Source of the DNA: an uncultured Pseudomonadota bacterium
GTDB taxonomy: Bacteria; Desulfobacterota; Syntrophorhabdia; Syntrophorhabdales; CAYQXL01
Length of the DNA: 64,000 bases
Assembly (NCBI GenBank): GCA_964651435.1
Contig: CAZYVU010000003.1
Span: 51,269-115,268 of the forward strand
Direction: 5' to 3'
Below, piece by piece: positions 1 through 9,667 of this stretch; positions within the stretch are counted from its first letter, which is position 1; every line of letters starts with the position of its first letter. Made by a program: the position numbers and the translations under genes. The notes beneath the pieces are model-generated. The model did not search any database. It was given only the letters and a program-made list of their open reading frames with translations, and was not told the origin of the DNA.

Positions 1-304
1 GATGGTGCGGCGAGATGACGTGGACCTGGGTCTCTGGGACTTTATCGATCCCGGGAGCCTCATCGTTCCGCTGGACACGCATATTTACAAGATCGGCATA
101 TGCCAGGGATGGACGAAGAGAAAGACCCCTTCGTGGAGGGCAGCGGAAGAAATAACGGAGGCACTAAAGGTATTTTCCCCCCGCGATCCGCTGAAATACG
201 ACTTTCTCTTGTGTCATTGCGTGGGGATTGGTTTGGGATGCACGGGAAGGCGAGGCGACGGCTGTGAGGGGAGGTGCCCGCTGGGAGTTCGGAGTAGAGA
301 GTAG
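1..304 (+). CDS. TIGR02757/DUF2400-family protein, C-terminal part (5' truncated by window edge)
   Basis: MVRRDDVDLGLW, IVPLDTHI, DPLKYDFLLCH motifs typical of this family; Cys-rich tail; stop lies inside a heptamer array. Confidence 0.75.
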   Translation, partial: MVRRDDVDLGLWDFIDPGSLIVPLDTHIYKIGICQGWTKRKTPSWRAAEEITEALKVFSPRDPLKYDFLLCHCVGIGLGCTGRRGDGCEGRCPLGVRSRE

Positions 305-332
305 AGAGTTCGGAGTTCGGAGTTCGGAGAAA
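284..332 (+). repeat. Tandem heptamer array (RGAGTTC/RGAGTAG, about 7 units)
   Basis: ggagttc ggagtag agagtag agagttc ggagttc ggagttc ggagaaa read directly. Confidence 0.9.
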
Positions 333-336
333 AGAC

Positions 337-376
337 GAAACGGTGAAGCGGGGAAACGGGGAATCAATGAAACGGA
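337..376 (+). repeat. Tandem octamer array (GAAACGGN-like, 5 units)
   Basis: gaaacggt gaagcggg gaaacggg gaatcaat gaaacgga. Confidence 0.7.
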
Positions 377-473
377 AAGAGTTAGGAGCGAAGCGTTCTT
401 TGTTCAGCAGTTGCGCCGATTCGACCATTCGCCCCCTCTCCGGTTCGCGCCCGAGATCAGGGGGGCCGCACCC

Positions 474-1748
474 GTGAACTTCCGCATCGTCAGCCTGGGC
501 TGCCCCAAGAATCTCGTTGACTCGGAATACGTGGCCGCGAGGCTTGAGGCTTCGGGGCACACCATGTCCCAGGACGCTGCCGTTGTCATCATCAATACCT
601 GCGCCTTTATTGCCGACTCGGCCAAAGAGTCCATTGAAACGATACTTGAAGAGTCGGGCAGGAAGGGTCCCCATGGCAAGGTGATCGTAACGGGCTGCCT
701 CGTGGAGCGATATGGCGAACAGTTGCGGGAGCTCCTCCCGGAAGTGGCGCTCTTTGTCGACCGAAACCGCTACCCCGATGTGGGTTCGCTGGTGGAGCGT
801 TCCGGATTATTCGTAGGGGAAGGGGGTTTTGCCGCCACCTATCCGCGGCGGATCCTCACCCGGTTGCCCACCGCCTACCTGAAGATACAGGAGGGCTGTA
901 ACAACCGGTGCACCTATTGTACCGTTCCATCCATCCGTGGCGGTCTACAGAGCCGCAACATAAGCGCCCTCCGCGACGAGCTGCGCTGGCTTCTCGACCA
1001 GGGTTTTCGCGAGATCAACGTCATTGGCCAGGACGTGACCTCCTACGGCCGCGACGTGGGCCTAAACCTGCAGGACCTCCTACAGGAGCTGCTAACGGTC
1101 AATGGGGACTATTTCCTGAGGCTCCTCTACATGCACCCGCGGTGGATTACGGAAGGGCTCATCGACATCATGGCCGCAGAGGAGCGGATTCTCCCCTATG
1201 TTGACGTCCCCATTCAGCACTCCGAGGACAGGATACTGAAGGCCATGAACAGGGGATACACGAGGGCCGACCTGGAGCGCCTCCTCGCGCTGCTTCGGGA
1301 GCGCATTCCCGGCGCAACGCTCAGGACATCCATCATTGTCGGATTCCCGGGCGAGGGCGACGGTGAGTTCGATGCCCTTTGCCGCTTCGTCGAGCGGTTT
1401 CCCTTCGACAACCTCGGTGCCTTCATGTATTCCCGGGAAGAGGGTACGGCGGCCTACCGGATGGCGGGGCAGGTACCCAAGGCGACAAAGAAAAGGAGAT
1501 TTGAGGCCCTCATGGAGCTTCAGGGGGCCATCTCGAAAAAGCGTCTCCAGGGGCGCGTCGACACGTACACACAGGTCATCGTCGAGGAGGAAGGGGCCCA
1601 GTTCAGGCTGGGGCGCGCCCTGTTTCAGGCGCCTGACATAGATGGCCTGGCCTTTGTGCAGGGTCCCTGCCGCGTTGGTGAAATCCGCCGGGCCAAAATA
1701 GTGAAAACTCTTGATTATGATGTTATAGTTGAAACTCGTGATTCGTGA
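474..1748 (+). CDS. rimO: Ribosomal protein S12 methylthiotransferase RimO
   Basis: SLGCPKNLVDSE N-terminal motif, radical SAM CNNRCTYC, C-terminal TRAM-like APDIDG; start moved to GTG at 474 (ORF track starts at 228 inside repeats). Confidence 0.93.
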   Translation: MNFRIVSLGCPKNLVDSEYVAARLEASGHTMSQDAAVVIINTCAFIADSAKESIETILEESGRKGPHGKVIVTGCLVERYGEQLRELLPEVALFVDRNRYPDVGSLVERSGLFVGEGGFAATYPRRILTRLPTAYLKIQEGCNNRCTYCTVPSIRGGLQSRNISALRDELRWLLDQGFREINVIGQDVTSYGRDVGLNLQDLLQELLTVNGDYFLRLLYMHPRWITEGLIDIMAAEERILPYVDVPIQHSEDRILKAMNRGYTRADLERLLALLRERIPGATLRTSIIVGFPGEGDGEFDALCRFVERFPFDNLGAFMYSREEGTAAYRMAGQVPKATKKRRFEALMELQGAISKKRLQGRVDTYTQVIVEEEGAQFRLGRALFQAPDIDGLAFVQGPCRVGEIRRAKIVKTLDYDVIVETRDS

Positions 1749-1763
1749 TTCGTGATTCGTGAA
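1736..1763 (+). repeat. Tandem heptamer array (TCGTGAT x3 + TCGTGAA) spanning the rimO stop
   Basis: tcgtgat tcgtgat tcgtgat tcgtgaa; TGA stop at 1746-1748 is within it. Confidence 0.92.
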
Positions 1764-1786
1764 AGGACTGAAATGAGCGATAGGTA

Positions 1787-1916
1787 AGAACCTGTGAAGG
1801 GATCATGGCCGGAACACTGTTTGCCTCGCTGCTTCGGTCGCTCCCTGGGTCGTGCTCCAAGGCGCGACTCGGCAAAAGCTCCTTCCGGCCATATAGGGAT
1901 TTTTTTCGTAGGTTCT
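1787..1916. other. About 130-nt extended imperfect hairpin (REP/MITE-like or structured RNA)
   Basis: agaacct/aggttct outer arms, perfect atggccggaa/ttccggccat inner arms, further ttgcc/ggcaa and gtcgc/gcgac pairing. Confidence 0.65.
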
Positions 1917-1994
1917 GAGTGATCAGTAGTTGCAATATGGGAATTAAGAAATAGAAAAATGGGAAATCGGATAGAAAATGTAGGAAACGGGTTA

Positions 1995-2015
1995 TCAAGC
2001 ATCCAGCATCAAGCA
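1995..2015 (+). repeat. Tandem heptamer array (TCMAGCA x3)
   Basis: tcaagca tccagca tcaagca. Confidence 0.8.
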
Positions 2016-2070
2016 TCGTTTAATGCTATGAACGCCACAAACCCAATAAACTGTCATTCTGGAGTCATAC

Positions 2071-3534
2071 ATGGAACCGTTGAATGAACTTATGGCTGTC
2101 AGGAAGGAAAAGGAGGAGTATCTCAAGAATGCCGGGATAGAGCCTTTTCCGCAAATAAGGGGGGAGTTTACCGGCACGGGGGAGATCGAGAGGCTCTTCG
2201 GTGCCATGGGCCCCGAAGAACTGGAAGAGCACAAAGAGCGCTTTTCTGTAGCCGGCCGCATCATGGCCTTTCGTGATTTTGGAAAGAGCGTTTTCCTTCA
2301 TGTGCAGGACCGTCAGGGCAGGATTCAGGTCTATGTGCGCAAAGACGTGCTCAAGAACCCGGGCTACGAGATCTTCAAGAAGTTCGACATTTCCGATCTC
2401 ATCAGCGTTGAAGGAACCATATTCAAAACGCGGACGGGGGAGCTCACGATCCTTGCCGACACGATCGTTCTGCTCACGAAGTCACTTCGGCCCCTTCCCG
2501 AGAAATGGCACGGCCTGAAAGACGTCGAGGAGCGATACAGGAGGCGGTATCTCGACCTCATCGTGAATGAAAAGGTGAAGGACGTCTTCATCAAGCGGGC
2601 CAGGATCATCGAGTTCATCCGCAACTATTTCGTGGCCCGGAGCTTCATCGAGGTGGAAACGCCCATGATGCAGGTCATCGCCGGGGGGGCCGTGGCCAAG
2701 CCCTTCGTGACCCACCACAACGCCCTGGGCATCGACCTGTACCTGCGAATCGCGCCGGAACTTTATTTAAAGCGGCTTATCGTCGGTGGCCTGGAGCGCG
2801 TTTTCGAGATTAACAGAAACTTCCGCAACGAGGGTATCTCGGTACGCCACAACCCGGAGTTCACCATGCTCGAGTTCTACCAGGCCTATGCCACCTATGA
2901 AGATCTGATGGCCTTTACCGAGGACATGGTGTCGTCCCTTGTCCGGGAGCTTTTCGGGGGGTACAGGATCACGTTCGGCGACGTCGAGCTCAACTTCGAG
3001 CCGCCGTGGCGGCGCATGACCATGGAGGAGGCGCTGAAAGACCTGGGCGGCTTTGACATCGCCATCATCAGGGACCACGAGAGGCTCATAGCCTTTGGAA
3101 AAGAGCTGGGCATCGAGGGCGTGGAAAAGGAAAAGCACGGCAAGCTTATCACCAAGGTCTTCGAAGATCTCTGCGAGAAAAAGCTGATTCAGCCGACCTT
3201 CATCACCCATTACCCCGTAGAGGTATCTCCGCTCGCCAAGAGGAGCACAGAGAACCCCGACATCACGGAACGGTTTGAGCTCTACATGGCCGGTATGGAG
3301 ATCGCCAACGGGTTCAACGAGCTGAACGACCCCGAAGATCAGCGCGGGCGCTTTGAGGAACAGATACGGGAAAAGGAGGAGGGCGCCATGATGGACGAGG
3401 ACTACATAACGGCCCTCGAGTATGGCCTCCCGCCCACGGCCGGAGAGGGTATCGGCATAGACCGCCTTACCATGCTTTTGACCGACAGCCCGTCAATACG
3501 GGAAGTGATCCTTTTTCCGCTCCTGAGACCTTGA
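2071..3534 (+). CDS. lysS: Lysine--tRNA ligase (class II)
   Basis: YRRRYLDL, YLRIAPELYLKRL, FRNEG..HNPEFT, GEGIGIDRL motifs. Confidence 0.97.
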   Translation: MEPLNELMAVRKEKEEYLKNAGIEPFPQIRGEFTGTGEIERLFGAMGPEELEEHKERFSVAGRIMAFRDFGKSVFLHVQDRQGRIQVYVRKDVLKNPGYEIFKKFDISDLISVEGTIFKTRTGELTILADTIVLLTKSLRPLPEKWHGLKDVEERYRRRYLDLIVNEKVKDVFIKRARIIEFIRNYFVARSFIEVETPMMQVIAGGAVAKPFVTHHNALGIDLYLRIAPELYLKRLIVGGLERVFEINRNFRNEGISVRHNPEFTMLEFYQAYATYEDLMAFTEDMVSSLVRELFGGYRITFGDVELNFEPPWRRMTMEEALKDLGGFDIAIIRDHERLIAFGKELGIEGVEKEKHGKLITKVFEDLCEKKLIQPTFITHYPVEVSPLAKRSTENPDITERFELYMAGMEIANGFNELNDPEDQRGRFEEQIREKEEGAMMDEDYITALEYGLPPTAGEGIGIDRLTMLLTDSPSIREVILFPLLRP

Positions 3535-4730
3535 ACTACGAAACGCTTATAGGGCTGCGCTACCTGAGGTCAAAGAAGAAAGGGGCCTTCGTCTCCTTTA
3601 CGACTTGGATCTCCGTGGTCGGCATTGCCATCGGCGTCATGGCTCTCATCGTCGTTATCGCCGTTATGACGGGTTTCCAGGACGAAATCAAGGACCGGAT
3701 CCTGAGCATTAACCCCCATATTCTCGTTATGAACCTGAGCGGCGAGATCAGGGATGCCGAAAAGGTTGCCGAGACGGCGAGAAAGAGCAAGGACGTTGAA
3801 CACGCCTTTCCCTTCATCGCCTTTCAGGCCATGGTCCAGAGCGGCAGGCAGCTTTCCGGTGTAGCCGTTAAGAGCGCCGACCCCAAGGATATCCGGTTCA
3901 TGAAAAGGATCATCAGGGAAGGGTCGCTCGATGCCCTCTCCACCAAGGGAAGTATCCTCATCGGCAAGGAACTGGCAAAGAGGCTGGGGCTTTTTGTCAA
4001 CGACAACTTTGTTCTTCTCATCCCCTTCGGCGGTTACTCGCCTATGGGTGCCATGCCGGAAACGGTGCGGGTGAAGGTGGGCGCTATCTTCGAGACGGGC
4101 ATGTTCGACATCGATAACACGATGGTTTTCATGCCCATCAAGGATGTGGAGCAGATATTCGGCATCGGCGCCACAGGTATAGAGGTGAAGCTGAAGGACG
4201 TGTACCGGGCAGATGCGGTGCGCAAGGATCTCTTAAGAGAGTTGGGCCCGGCGTTCTTCGGCAGGACCTGGATCGAGATGAACAGGAATCTCTTTTCTGC
4301 CCTCAAGCTCGAAAAACTGATCATGTTCATCATCCTTGCCCTCATCATCCTCGTGGCCAGCTTCAACATCATCAGCTCCCTCATCATGACGGTTATGGAG
4401 AAGAAAAAGGATATCGCCATTCTGAGGGCCATGGGGGCGAGATGGCAGAGTATCATGAAGGTTTTTATGGCCCAGGGCCTTGCCATCGGGATCGCAGGGG
4501 TCCTCCTCGGTTTTGTGAGCGGCTTCATCATGTGCGAGATCCAGCAGCGATACCAGGTGGTGAGGCTCCCCGAGGACGTCTACAACATGGGTGCCCTGCC
4601 CATGAAGATCAGCATCTTCGACATGCTCATCGTCGTCGGCGTCACCATGCTCATCTGTGTTGTATCGACCCTCTATCCGTCCTACAAGGCGGCAAAGATA
4701 GACCCCGTGGAGACGCTCCGCTATGAGTGA
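3531..4730 (+). CDS. lolE: Lipoprotein-releasing ABC transporter permease (LolC/E type)
   Basis: GLRYLRSKK N-terminus, VIAVMTGF, WIEMNRNLFSALKLEK, IAILRAMGA, P..LRYE end; followed by lolD. Confidence 0.92.
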   Translation: MNYETLIGLRYLRSKKKGAFVSFTTWISVVGIAIGVMALIVVIAVMTGFQDEIKDRILSINPHILVMNLSGEIRDAEKVAETARKSKDVEHAFPFIAFQAMVQSGRQLSGVAVKSADPKDIRFMKRIIREGSLDALSTKGSILIGKELAKRLGLFVNDNFVLLIPFGGYSPMGAMPETVRVKVGAIFETGMFDIDNTMVFMPIKDVEQIFGIGATGIEVKLKDVYRADAVRKDLLRELGPAFFGRTWIEMNRNLFSALKLEKLIMFIILALIILVASFNIISSLIMTVMEKKKDIAILRAMGARWQSIMKVFMAQGLAIGIAGVLLGFVSGFIMCEIQQRYQVVRLPEDVYNMGALPMKISIFDMLIVVGVTMLICVVSTLYPSYKAAKIDPVETLRYE

Positions 4731-5406
4731 TGCCGTGCTGGAGACGAAGGGGCTCGTCAAGGCCTTCCGGAAGGACAGCGTGGAAATCCGCGTCCTGAAG
4801 GGCATCGACCTGGCCGTCAATGGCGGCGACTTCATTACCATCATGGGCCCGTCGGGCGCCGGCAAGAGCACGCTGCTCTACCTGCTGGGCACCCTCGATA
4901 CGCCCACGGAGGGTGACATCCTTTACCGCGGAAAGAGCATCCGGGCCTTCACCCGCGACGAGGAGAACCGCTTCCGGAACGAGCACGTCGGCTTTGTCTT
5001 CCAGTTCTACCACCTGCTTCACGATTTCAACGTCATCGAGAACATCACCTTCCCGCTCCTCATCCGGGGCGTCAAACCGGCCGAGGCGACGGCGAAGGCC
5101 GAGGCCTTTCTGGAGATCATGGGCCTCGGCGGCCGCCGTACCCACAAGCCCGGAGAACTCTCCGGCGGAGAGCAGCAGCGCGTCGCCATCGCCCGGGCTT
5201 TGGTAAATGAGCCGGAGATCATCCTTGCCGATGAGCCTACGGGCAACCTGGACCGCAAGACGGGCCACGAGGTGCTGAGCTATATCCTCTCTGTTCGGGA
5301 CCGTCTCTCGGCGGCCCTCATCCTCGTCACCCACGACCCCGAGATCGGGGCGCTCGGGAGCCGTCGCCTCCACATGGTCGACGGCGAGATCTCGTCAGAA
5401 ACGTAA
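4723..5406 (+). CDS. lolD: Lipoprotein-releasing ABC transporter ATPase
   Basis: Walker [33 protein letters not shown]; overlaps the permease stop. Confidence 0.92.
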   Translation: MSDAVLETKGLVKAFRKDSVEIRVLKGIDLAVNGGDFITIMGPSGAGKSTLLYLLGTLDTPTEGDILYRGKSIRAFTRDEENRFRNEHVGFVFQFYHLLHDFNVIENITFPLLIRGVKPAEATAKAEAFLEIMGLGGRRTHKPGELSGGEQQRVAIARALVNEPEIILADEPTGNLDRKTGHEVLSYILSVRDRLSAALILVTHDPEIGALGSRRLHMVDGEISSET

Positions 5407-5434
5407 GATAAGGGTGGGCGTTTGGGCGGGACCT

Positions 5435-5650
5435 TTACGGCCCGTCGGCTATCTTCTTGATGCCGACAAAGATCAGGAGGACCCCCAGGGCAAGGAAGAA
5501 ACGGTAGGGGATGAGCCAGACCTTCAGGGCGAGCAGGTTGGAAAGAAAGTCTGCCCCAGGCTTATATCCGGTTACGAAAAAGAGGGGGCAGAGGGCGATA
5601 AGACATCCGACGGCAATGAGGGCGGAGGCGGTCTGCGTTAATTTCTTCAT
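5435..5650 (-). CDS. Small hypothetical two-TM membrane protein
   Basis: MKKLTQTASALIAVGCLIAL... two hydrophobic segments; fills the gap between lolD and ade. Confidence 0.5.
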   Translation of the reverse strand: MKKLTQTASALIAVGCLIALCPLFFVTGYKPGADFLSNLLALKVWLIPYRFFLALGVLLIFVGIKKIADGP

Positions 5651-5773
5651 AAGACAATGTGAACTATACGACGGAAGGAAGTCCCGATGCAAAGGAAAAA
5701 CGGGCCTTCCTGCGGTGGCATGTTTCCCCTGCCGTCGGGCAGCTCGGGGTGTCCATGAGGAGAGAGAGGTGGT

Positions 5774-7453
5774 TCACGCTTGAGTAGGGGGTGGATCGTC
5801 GAATAGGTCGACGAAGCGGAAGGACTCACCGTCAAAAAGGCCCCGGTCGCTGAGCTTCAGTCTCGGTATGACGAGAAGGGCCATGAATGAGAGGGCCATG
5901 AACGGGGCGCTGAGAAGCGATCCGAGCTGCTTGGCAAGGTGGTCGAGCCTCGAGTAGGCCCTGGCAACGGTAAACCCGTCCCCGTCCGCCATGAGACCTG
6001 CTATGGGAAGGGGGAGGATGGCCTCCTCGCCGTCATGGACGGCTGCGACCCCACCCTTGGCCTTGATGACGAGATTGGCGGCGCGGCAGATCTCCTCATC
6101 CGTTGCCCCCACCACAACGACGTTATGGGAATCGTGGGCTACCGAAGACGCTATGGCCCCCTTTTTCAATCCGAAATTCCGCACAAAACCGATGGCTGGC
6201 GGCGAATCGTCGTACCGGTTCACGACGGCCAGCTTCAGGATATCCCTTTCCGAATCCGACACCACGTTGCCATTGCTGATGGCAGGGGAGACCCGCATCC
6301 AGCCCGTAATGACCTGGCCGCCTATGGTCTCGATCACGTTCATTGTCCCGGGCCGTTTGCTTACGCGAAACTGAGAGGCATCCTTGCCCGCGGCCGCGAA
6401 GTTGTTCGGCAGGGCGCCGGTCAGGTGGGGCAGGAGGGCCTCGCCGCGCCGGGCCACGAGATGACCGTTGACAAAGGTCCGAAGCACCGAAAATCGCTCC
6501 AGATTTGCGACCTCAATGAAATCGGCAGGGTCGCCCACCCTGAGGAGACCTACGTCGAGGCCGTAGTGAAGGACAGGGTTGACGCAGGCCGAGCGGAGTG
6601 CCGTCAACGGTTCAATGCCCATTCGGACGGCCCTGGAAACGAGCTCGTTGATGTGGCCGCCCGTGAGGTCGTCGGGATGTTTGTCGTCGCTGCACAACAT
6701 GCACCGGTCGGCATGGCGTTCCATGAGCGGTGCAAGGGTATCGAAGTTCTTGGCTGCCGAACCCTCTCTGATGAGAAGCTTGACTCCAAGGGCCAGCTTG
6801 TCCACGCCCTCGTCGTACTGATAGGTTTCGTGGTCCGTCGATATGCCGGCGGCCACGTAGCGCCTGAGGGCGTCGCCCGTGAGCCCCGGGGCATGCCCGT
6901 CTATGGGTTTCTTTCGTGCCTTCGCTTTAGCTATTTTTCCCATAACCGACGGATCGCCTTCGATGACGCCGGGGACGTTCATCATCTCGCTCAGGTACTT
7001 TATGTCCTCCCGTTGCAGAAGCCTGTCGATGGTCTCTTCGTCCAGCACGGCGCCGGCTGTCTCAAAGGCTGTGGCAGGTACGCATGGTGAGGCCCCGAAG
7101 GCAAACTTGAAGGGGACCCGCTTTCCATTTTCGATCATGTATTCAACACCGGGAAGGCCAAGGACGTTTGCGATTTCGTGGGGATCGGAGACCGTGGCTA
7201 CGGTACCGTGCACCGTGGCCAGCCGCGCGAACTCCGATGGGGCAAGCATGCTGCTTTCCACGTGTACGTGGGCATCGACGAATCCCGGCAGGATGTACGT
7301 GCTGTGCCCCTTGCTGTCGCGGACTATGCGCGCTATTCTTCCATCCTCGACAACAACTGTGCCGGAAAAGATCGATCCGTTGAGGACGTCTACTATGTTT
7401 CCCGAAACAGTAAAAACGGTTGACCGGTTTGTCTTGTTTCTTTTGTGTATCAT
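5774..7453 (-). CDS. ade: Adenine deaminase
   Basis: DAHVHVESS, DPHEIANVLG, IDGHAP, CSDDKHP, SSVAHDSHN amidohydrolase motifs; start chosen at ATG 7453 (ORF extends to 7555). Confidence 0.93.
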   Translation of the reverse strand: MIHKRNKTNRSTVFTVSGNIVDVLNGSIFSGTVVVEDGRIARIVRDSKGHSTYILPGFVDAHVHVESSMLAPSEFARLATVHGTVATVSDPHEIANVLGLPGVEYMIENGKRVPFKFAFGASPCVPATAFETAGAVLDEETIDRLLQREDIKYLSEMMNVPGVIEGDPSVMGKIAKAKARKKPIDGHAPGLTGDALRRYVAAGISTDHETYQYDEGVDKLALGVKLLIREGSAAKNFDTLAPLMERHADRCMLCSDDKHPDDLTGGHINELVSRAVRMGIEPLTALRSACVNPVLHYGLDVGLLRVGDPADFIEVANLERFSVLRTFVNGHLVARRGEALLPHLTGALPNNFAAAGKDASQFRVSKRPGTMNVIETIGGQVITGWMRVSPAISNGNVVSDSERDILKLAVVNRYDDSPPAIGFVRNFGLKKGAIASSVAHDSHNVVVVGATDEEICRAANLVIKAKGGVAAVHDGEEAILPLPIAGLMADGDGFTVARAYSRLDHLAKQLGSLLSAPFMALSFMALLVIPRLKLSDRGLFDGESFRFVDLFDDPPPTQA

Positions 7454-7569
7454 GTCAGGAGGGAAACCGCTCCAAAGGGACGTCGGAGAAAAACCACCAT
7501 CGACCGATCCCGTCGAGGGATCCGATGAACGCCACAAACCAGACAGGTCAGGCAAACCGGACCGACGCT

Positions 7570-8130
7570 TTATTCTCCGCCGTTCACCTTAATGATTTCC
7601 GTTTCCTTGAAGGCGCGGGTGTAAGCGTTAATGTTTTTTAGGGCTATAACGCCGAAGCGGTCCCGCACGGGGCCCTCCAGCGATTCAATGTCCACGACGC
7701 CCGTCACCTTTACGAGTGCGCCCAACATCGTCGTGTTGGTTATGGGAACGCCCATCTCCTCTTTGGCAATCTTTGAAGCGTCCACAAAGGCAATGTTTCT
7801 CCCGGGGAAGAGAGCCTTGAGCTCGTCGCCCGATCGATGGGAGTTAATGATGACGAACCCTTCTTCCTTAAGGCCATCCGTCGGGTTCACGGTACCCAGA
7901 AGCGTTGAATCGAGAATGAGGACCGTATCAGGTGCATAAACCTTTGACCGCAGGCGGATGGGGTCGGAGGAGACCCGGAGAAAAGCCTGGACCGGCGCAC
8001 CCCGCCGTTCCGGGCCAAAGCTTGGAAATGCCTGAGCGAACATGCCTTTCTTGATTGCTGCCTGGGCTATAAGCTCAGCGGATGTGACGGCACCCTGACC
8101 GCCCCTGCCGTGAAATCTCACCTCGATCAT
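7570..8130 (-). CDS. 2-oxoacid:ferredoxin oxidoreductase gamma subunit (PorG-like), stand-alone
   Basis: EVRFHGRGGQGAVTSAELIA, FPSFGPERRGAPV, NTTMLGA. Confidence 0.9.
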   Translation of the reverse strand: MIEVRFHGRGGQGAVTSAELIAQAAIKKGMFAQAFPSFGPERRGAPVQAFLRVSSDPIRLRSKVYAPDTVLILDSTLLGTVNPTDGLKEEGFVIINSHRSGDELKALFPGRNIAFVDASKIAKEEMGVPITNTTMLGALVKVTGVVDIESLEGPVRDRFGVIALKNINAYTRAFKETEIIKVNGGE

Positions 8131-8148
8131 GGCTCATGTCTCCTTTTC

Positions 8149-9591
8149 TCAAGAAATATTCTTTACCCGCCAGTCAGTGCCCTGAGGGGTGTCGAGAAGC
8201 TGGATGCCCTTACCCGCAAGATCTTGCCGTATATGGTCGGCCTTGGCGTAATCCTTTTTCTTCCTTGCCTCCGCCCGCTCCGTAATCGCCGCATCGACGG
8301 CCGACGGTTCCATGCCGATGCGTTGCAGGTGCCGGGCTTTTTCACCGCCGTTGAAGTTGTCGGGCGTATCCTGGAGGAGGCCCAAGGTGGAAGCGAGCGT
8401 CCTGAGCAGTGCGGCGCTGGAAAGCACCTTCGCCATGGCGCTCTCGTCCGCTTCGTCGAGCATCTTGTTGATCATTTTGGAAAGTTCGAACATGGAAGAG
8501 AGGGCGAGGGCTGCATTGAAGTCATCGTCCATGGCATCGAAAAATGCCTTCTCCAGCACGTCGATATCGCCGAAAGGCGCCGGGACGGCTTTCGTGGTCC
8601 GCGATGCGCCTTCCACCCGTTCCAACGTTCCGTATAGCCTGTGCAGGGCGGCGTTGCTGTCCTCGATGGCTTTCTTGCTGTAATCAACGGGATTTCTGTA
8701 ATGGGTTGTAAGAAAAAAGAGGCGCAAGGCGTCAGCGTGGAATTCCTTAAGAAAATCCTTTATGAGCAGAAAGTTGCCGATGGACTTGGACATCTTTTCT
8801 TTTTCAATGTTAACGAAGCCATTATGAACCCAATAGTTAACGAAGGTCTTGCCCGTCGCTGCTTCTGTCTGTGCCCGTTCGTTTTCGTGGTGGGGAAAGA
8901 TGAGGTCTCTGCCGCCGCCGTGAATATCAAAGGGGTTTCCCAGATACTTCGTGCTCATGACTGAGCACTCCAGGTGCCACCCGGGCCGTCCTTCGCCAAA
9001 GGGGGTTGCCCAGAACGGCTCGCCGTCCTTCGACTTCTTCCAGAGGGCAAAGTCGAGAGGGTTTCGCTTTCTGTCATCCACTTCCACGCGCGCCCCGGCC
9101 AGCATCTCATCGAGGCCCCTCCGCGAGAGCTGCCCATAGGGGCGAAAGCTTTCGATGGAGAAATAGACGTCCCCATCGACACGGTACGCGTGGCCGTTCG
9201 AAAGAAGCGTCTCCACGAGCCGGATCATGTCATCTATGTGGAGGGTTGCCCGCGGTTCGTAGGTGGGCCTGAGGATGTTCAGGCTCGCCATATCCTCGTA
9301 AAAAGAGGCTATATATTTCTCACCCACCTCTTGCCAGGGTATGCCTTCCTCATTGGCCCTTCGGATGATCTTGTCGTCAATGTCGGTGAAGTTCTTCACT
9401 GAAACGACATCGTAGCCACGGGCGAGGAGGTAGCGGTTGATGACATCGAAAACGAATGCACTCCGCGCGTGACCTATGTGACAGTGGTCATAGACGGTAA
9501 CGCCGCAGACATACATTCCGGCCTTACCGGGCTCTATGGGAACAAAGTCCTCTTTCTGCTGCGTGAAGGTATTGTGTAGACGGATACCCAT
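8149..9591 (-). CDS. cysS: Cysteine--tRNA ligase
   Basis: YVCGVTVYDHCHIGH, NFTDIDDK, GRPGWHLECS, KMSKS; start ATG 9591. Confidence 0.97.
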   Translation of the reverse strand: MGIRLHNTFTQQKEDFVPIEPGKAGMYVCGVTVYDHCHIGHARSAFVFDVINRYLLARGYDVVSVKNFTDIDDKIIRRANEEGIPWQEVGEKYIASFYEDMASLNILRPTYEPRATLHIDDMIRLVETLLSNGHAYRVDGDVYFSIESFRPYGQLSRRGLDEMLAGARVEVDDRKRNPLDFALWKKSKDGEPFWATPFGEGRPGWHLECSVMSTKYLGNPFDIHGGGRDLIFPHHENERAQTEAATGKTFVNYWVHNGFVNIEKEKMSKSIGNFLLIKDFLKEFHADALRLFFLTTHYRNPVDYSKKAIEDSNAALHRLYGTLERVEGASRTTKAVPAPFGDIDVLEKAFFDAMDDDFNAALALSSMFELSKMINKMLDEADESAMAKVLSSAALLRTLASTLGLLQDTPDNFNGGEKARHLQRIGMEPSAVDAAITERAEARKKKDYAKADHIRQDLAGKGIQLLDTPQGTDWRVKNIS

Positions 9592-9600
9592 AGACCGTAT

Positions 9601-9629
9601 TTCTAACACAGAGAGCCTTTAGTTGTCAA
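9601..9629 (-). promoter_or_regulatory. Putative sigma70 promoter for cysS
   Basis: Minus strand TTGACA (9629-9624), 18 nt, then TG-n-TAGAAA; -10 imperfect. Confidence 0.4.
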
Positions 9630-9667
9630 AACTTAGGTGCCTGCGTCCGGTTCCCGTTCAGTTTGCC

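Noticed and set aside
1787-1916. SRP (4.5S) RNA or 6S RNA
   Set aside because: The minus strand has CAGG-N10-AGCAG spacing like SRP helix 8, but the 3-bp stem around a GNRA loop does not pair; too short and the bubble too small for 6S
5406-5435. Loss of bamA-skp-lpxD after lolD as a novel event
   Set aside because: The break in the usual order is real, but simple rearrangement explains it and there is no scar
5660-5740. c-di-GMP-I riboswitch (GATGCAAAG) or other leader
   Set aside because: Lacks the GGCAAAC/GNRA P1 arm and lies on the opposite strand to the flanking genes; only a generic hairpin
5939-7090. Long antisense ORFs in the track (e.g. 5939-7090, 21717-23012, 39195-40328, 42031-43299, 51321-52250, 59990-61015)
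   Set aside because: They lie opposite well-supported genes, have no motifs and are the expected shadows of GC-rich codon usage
7454-7570. Purine riboswitch upstream of adenine deaminase
   Set aside because: No purine aptamer core; only a gatccc/gggatc hairpin
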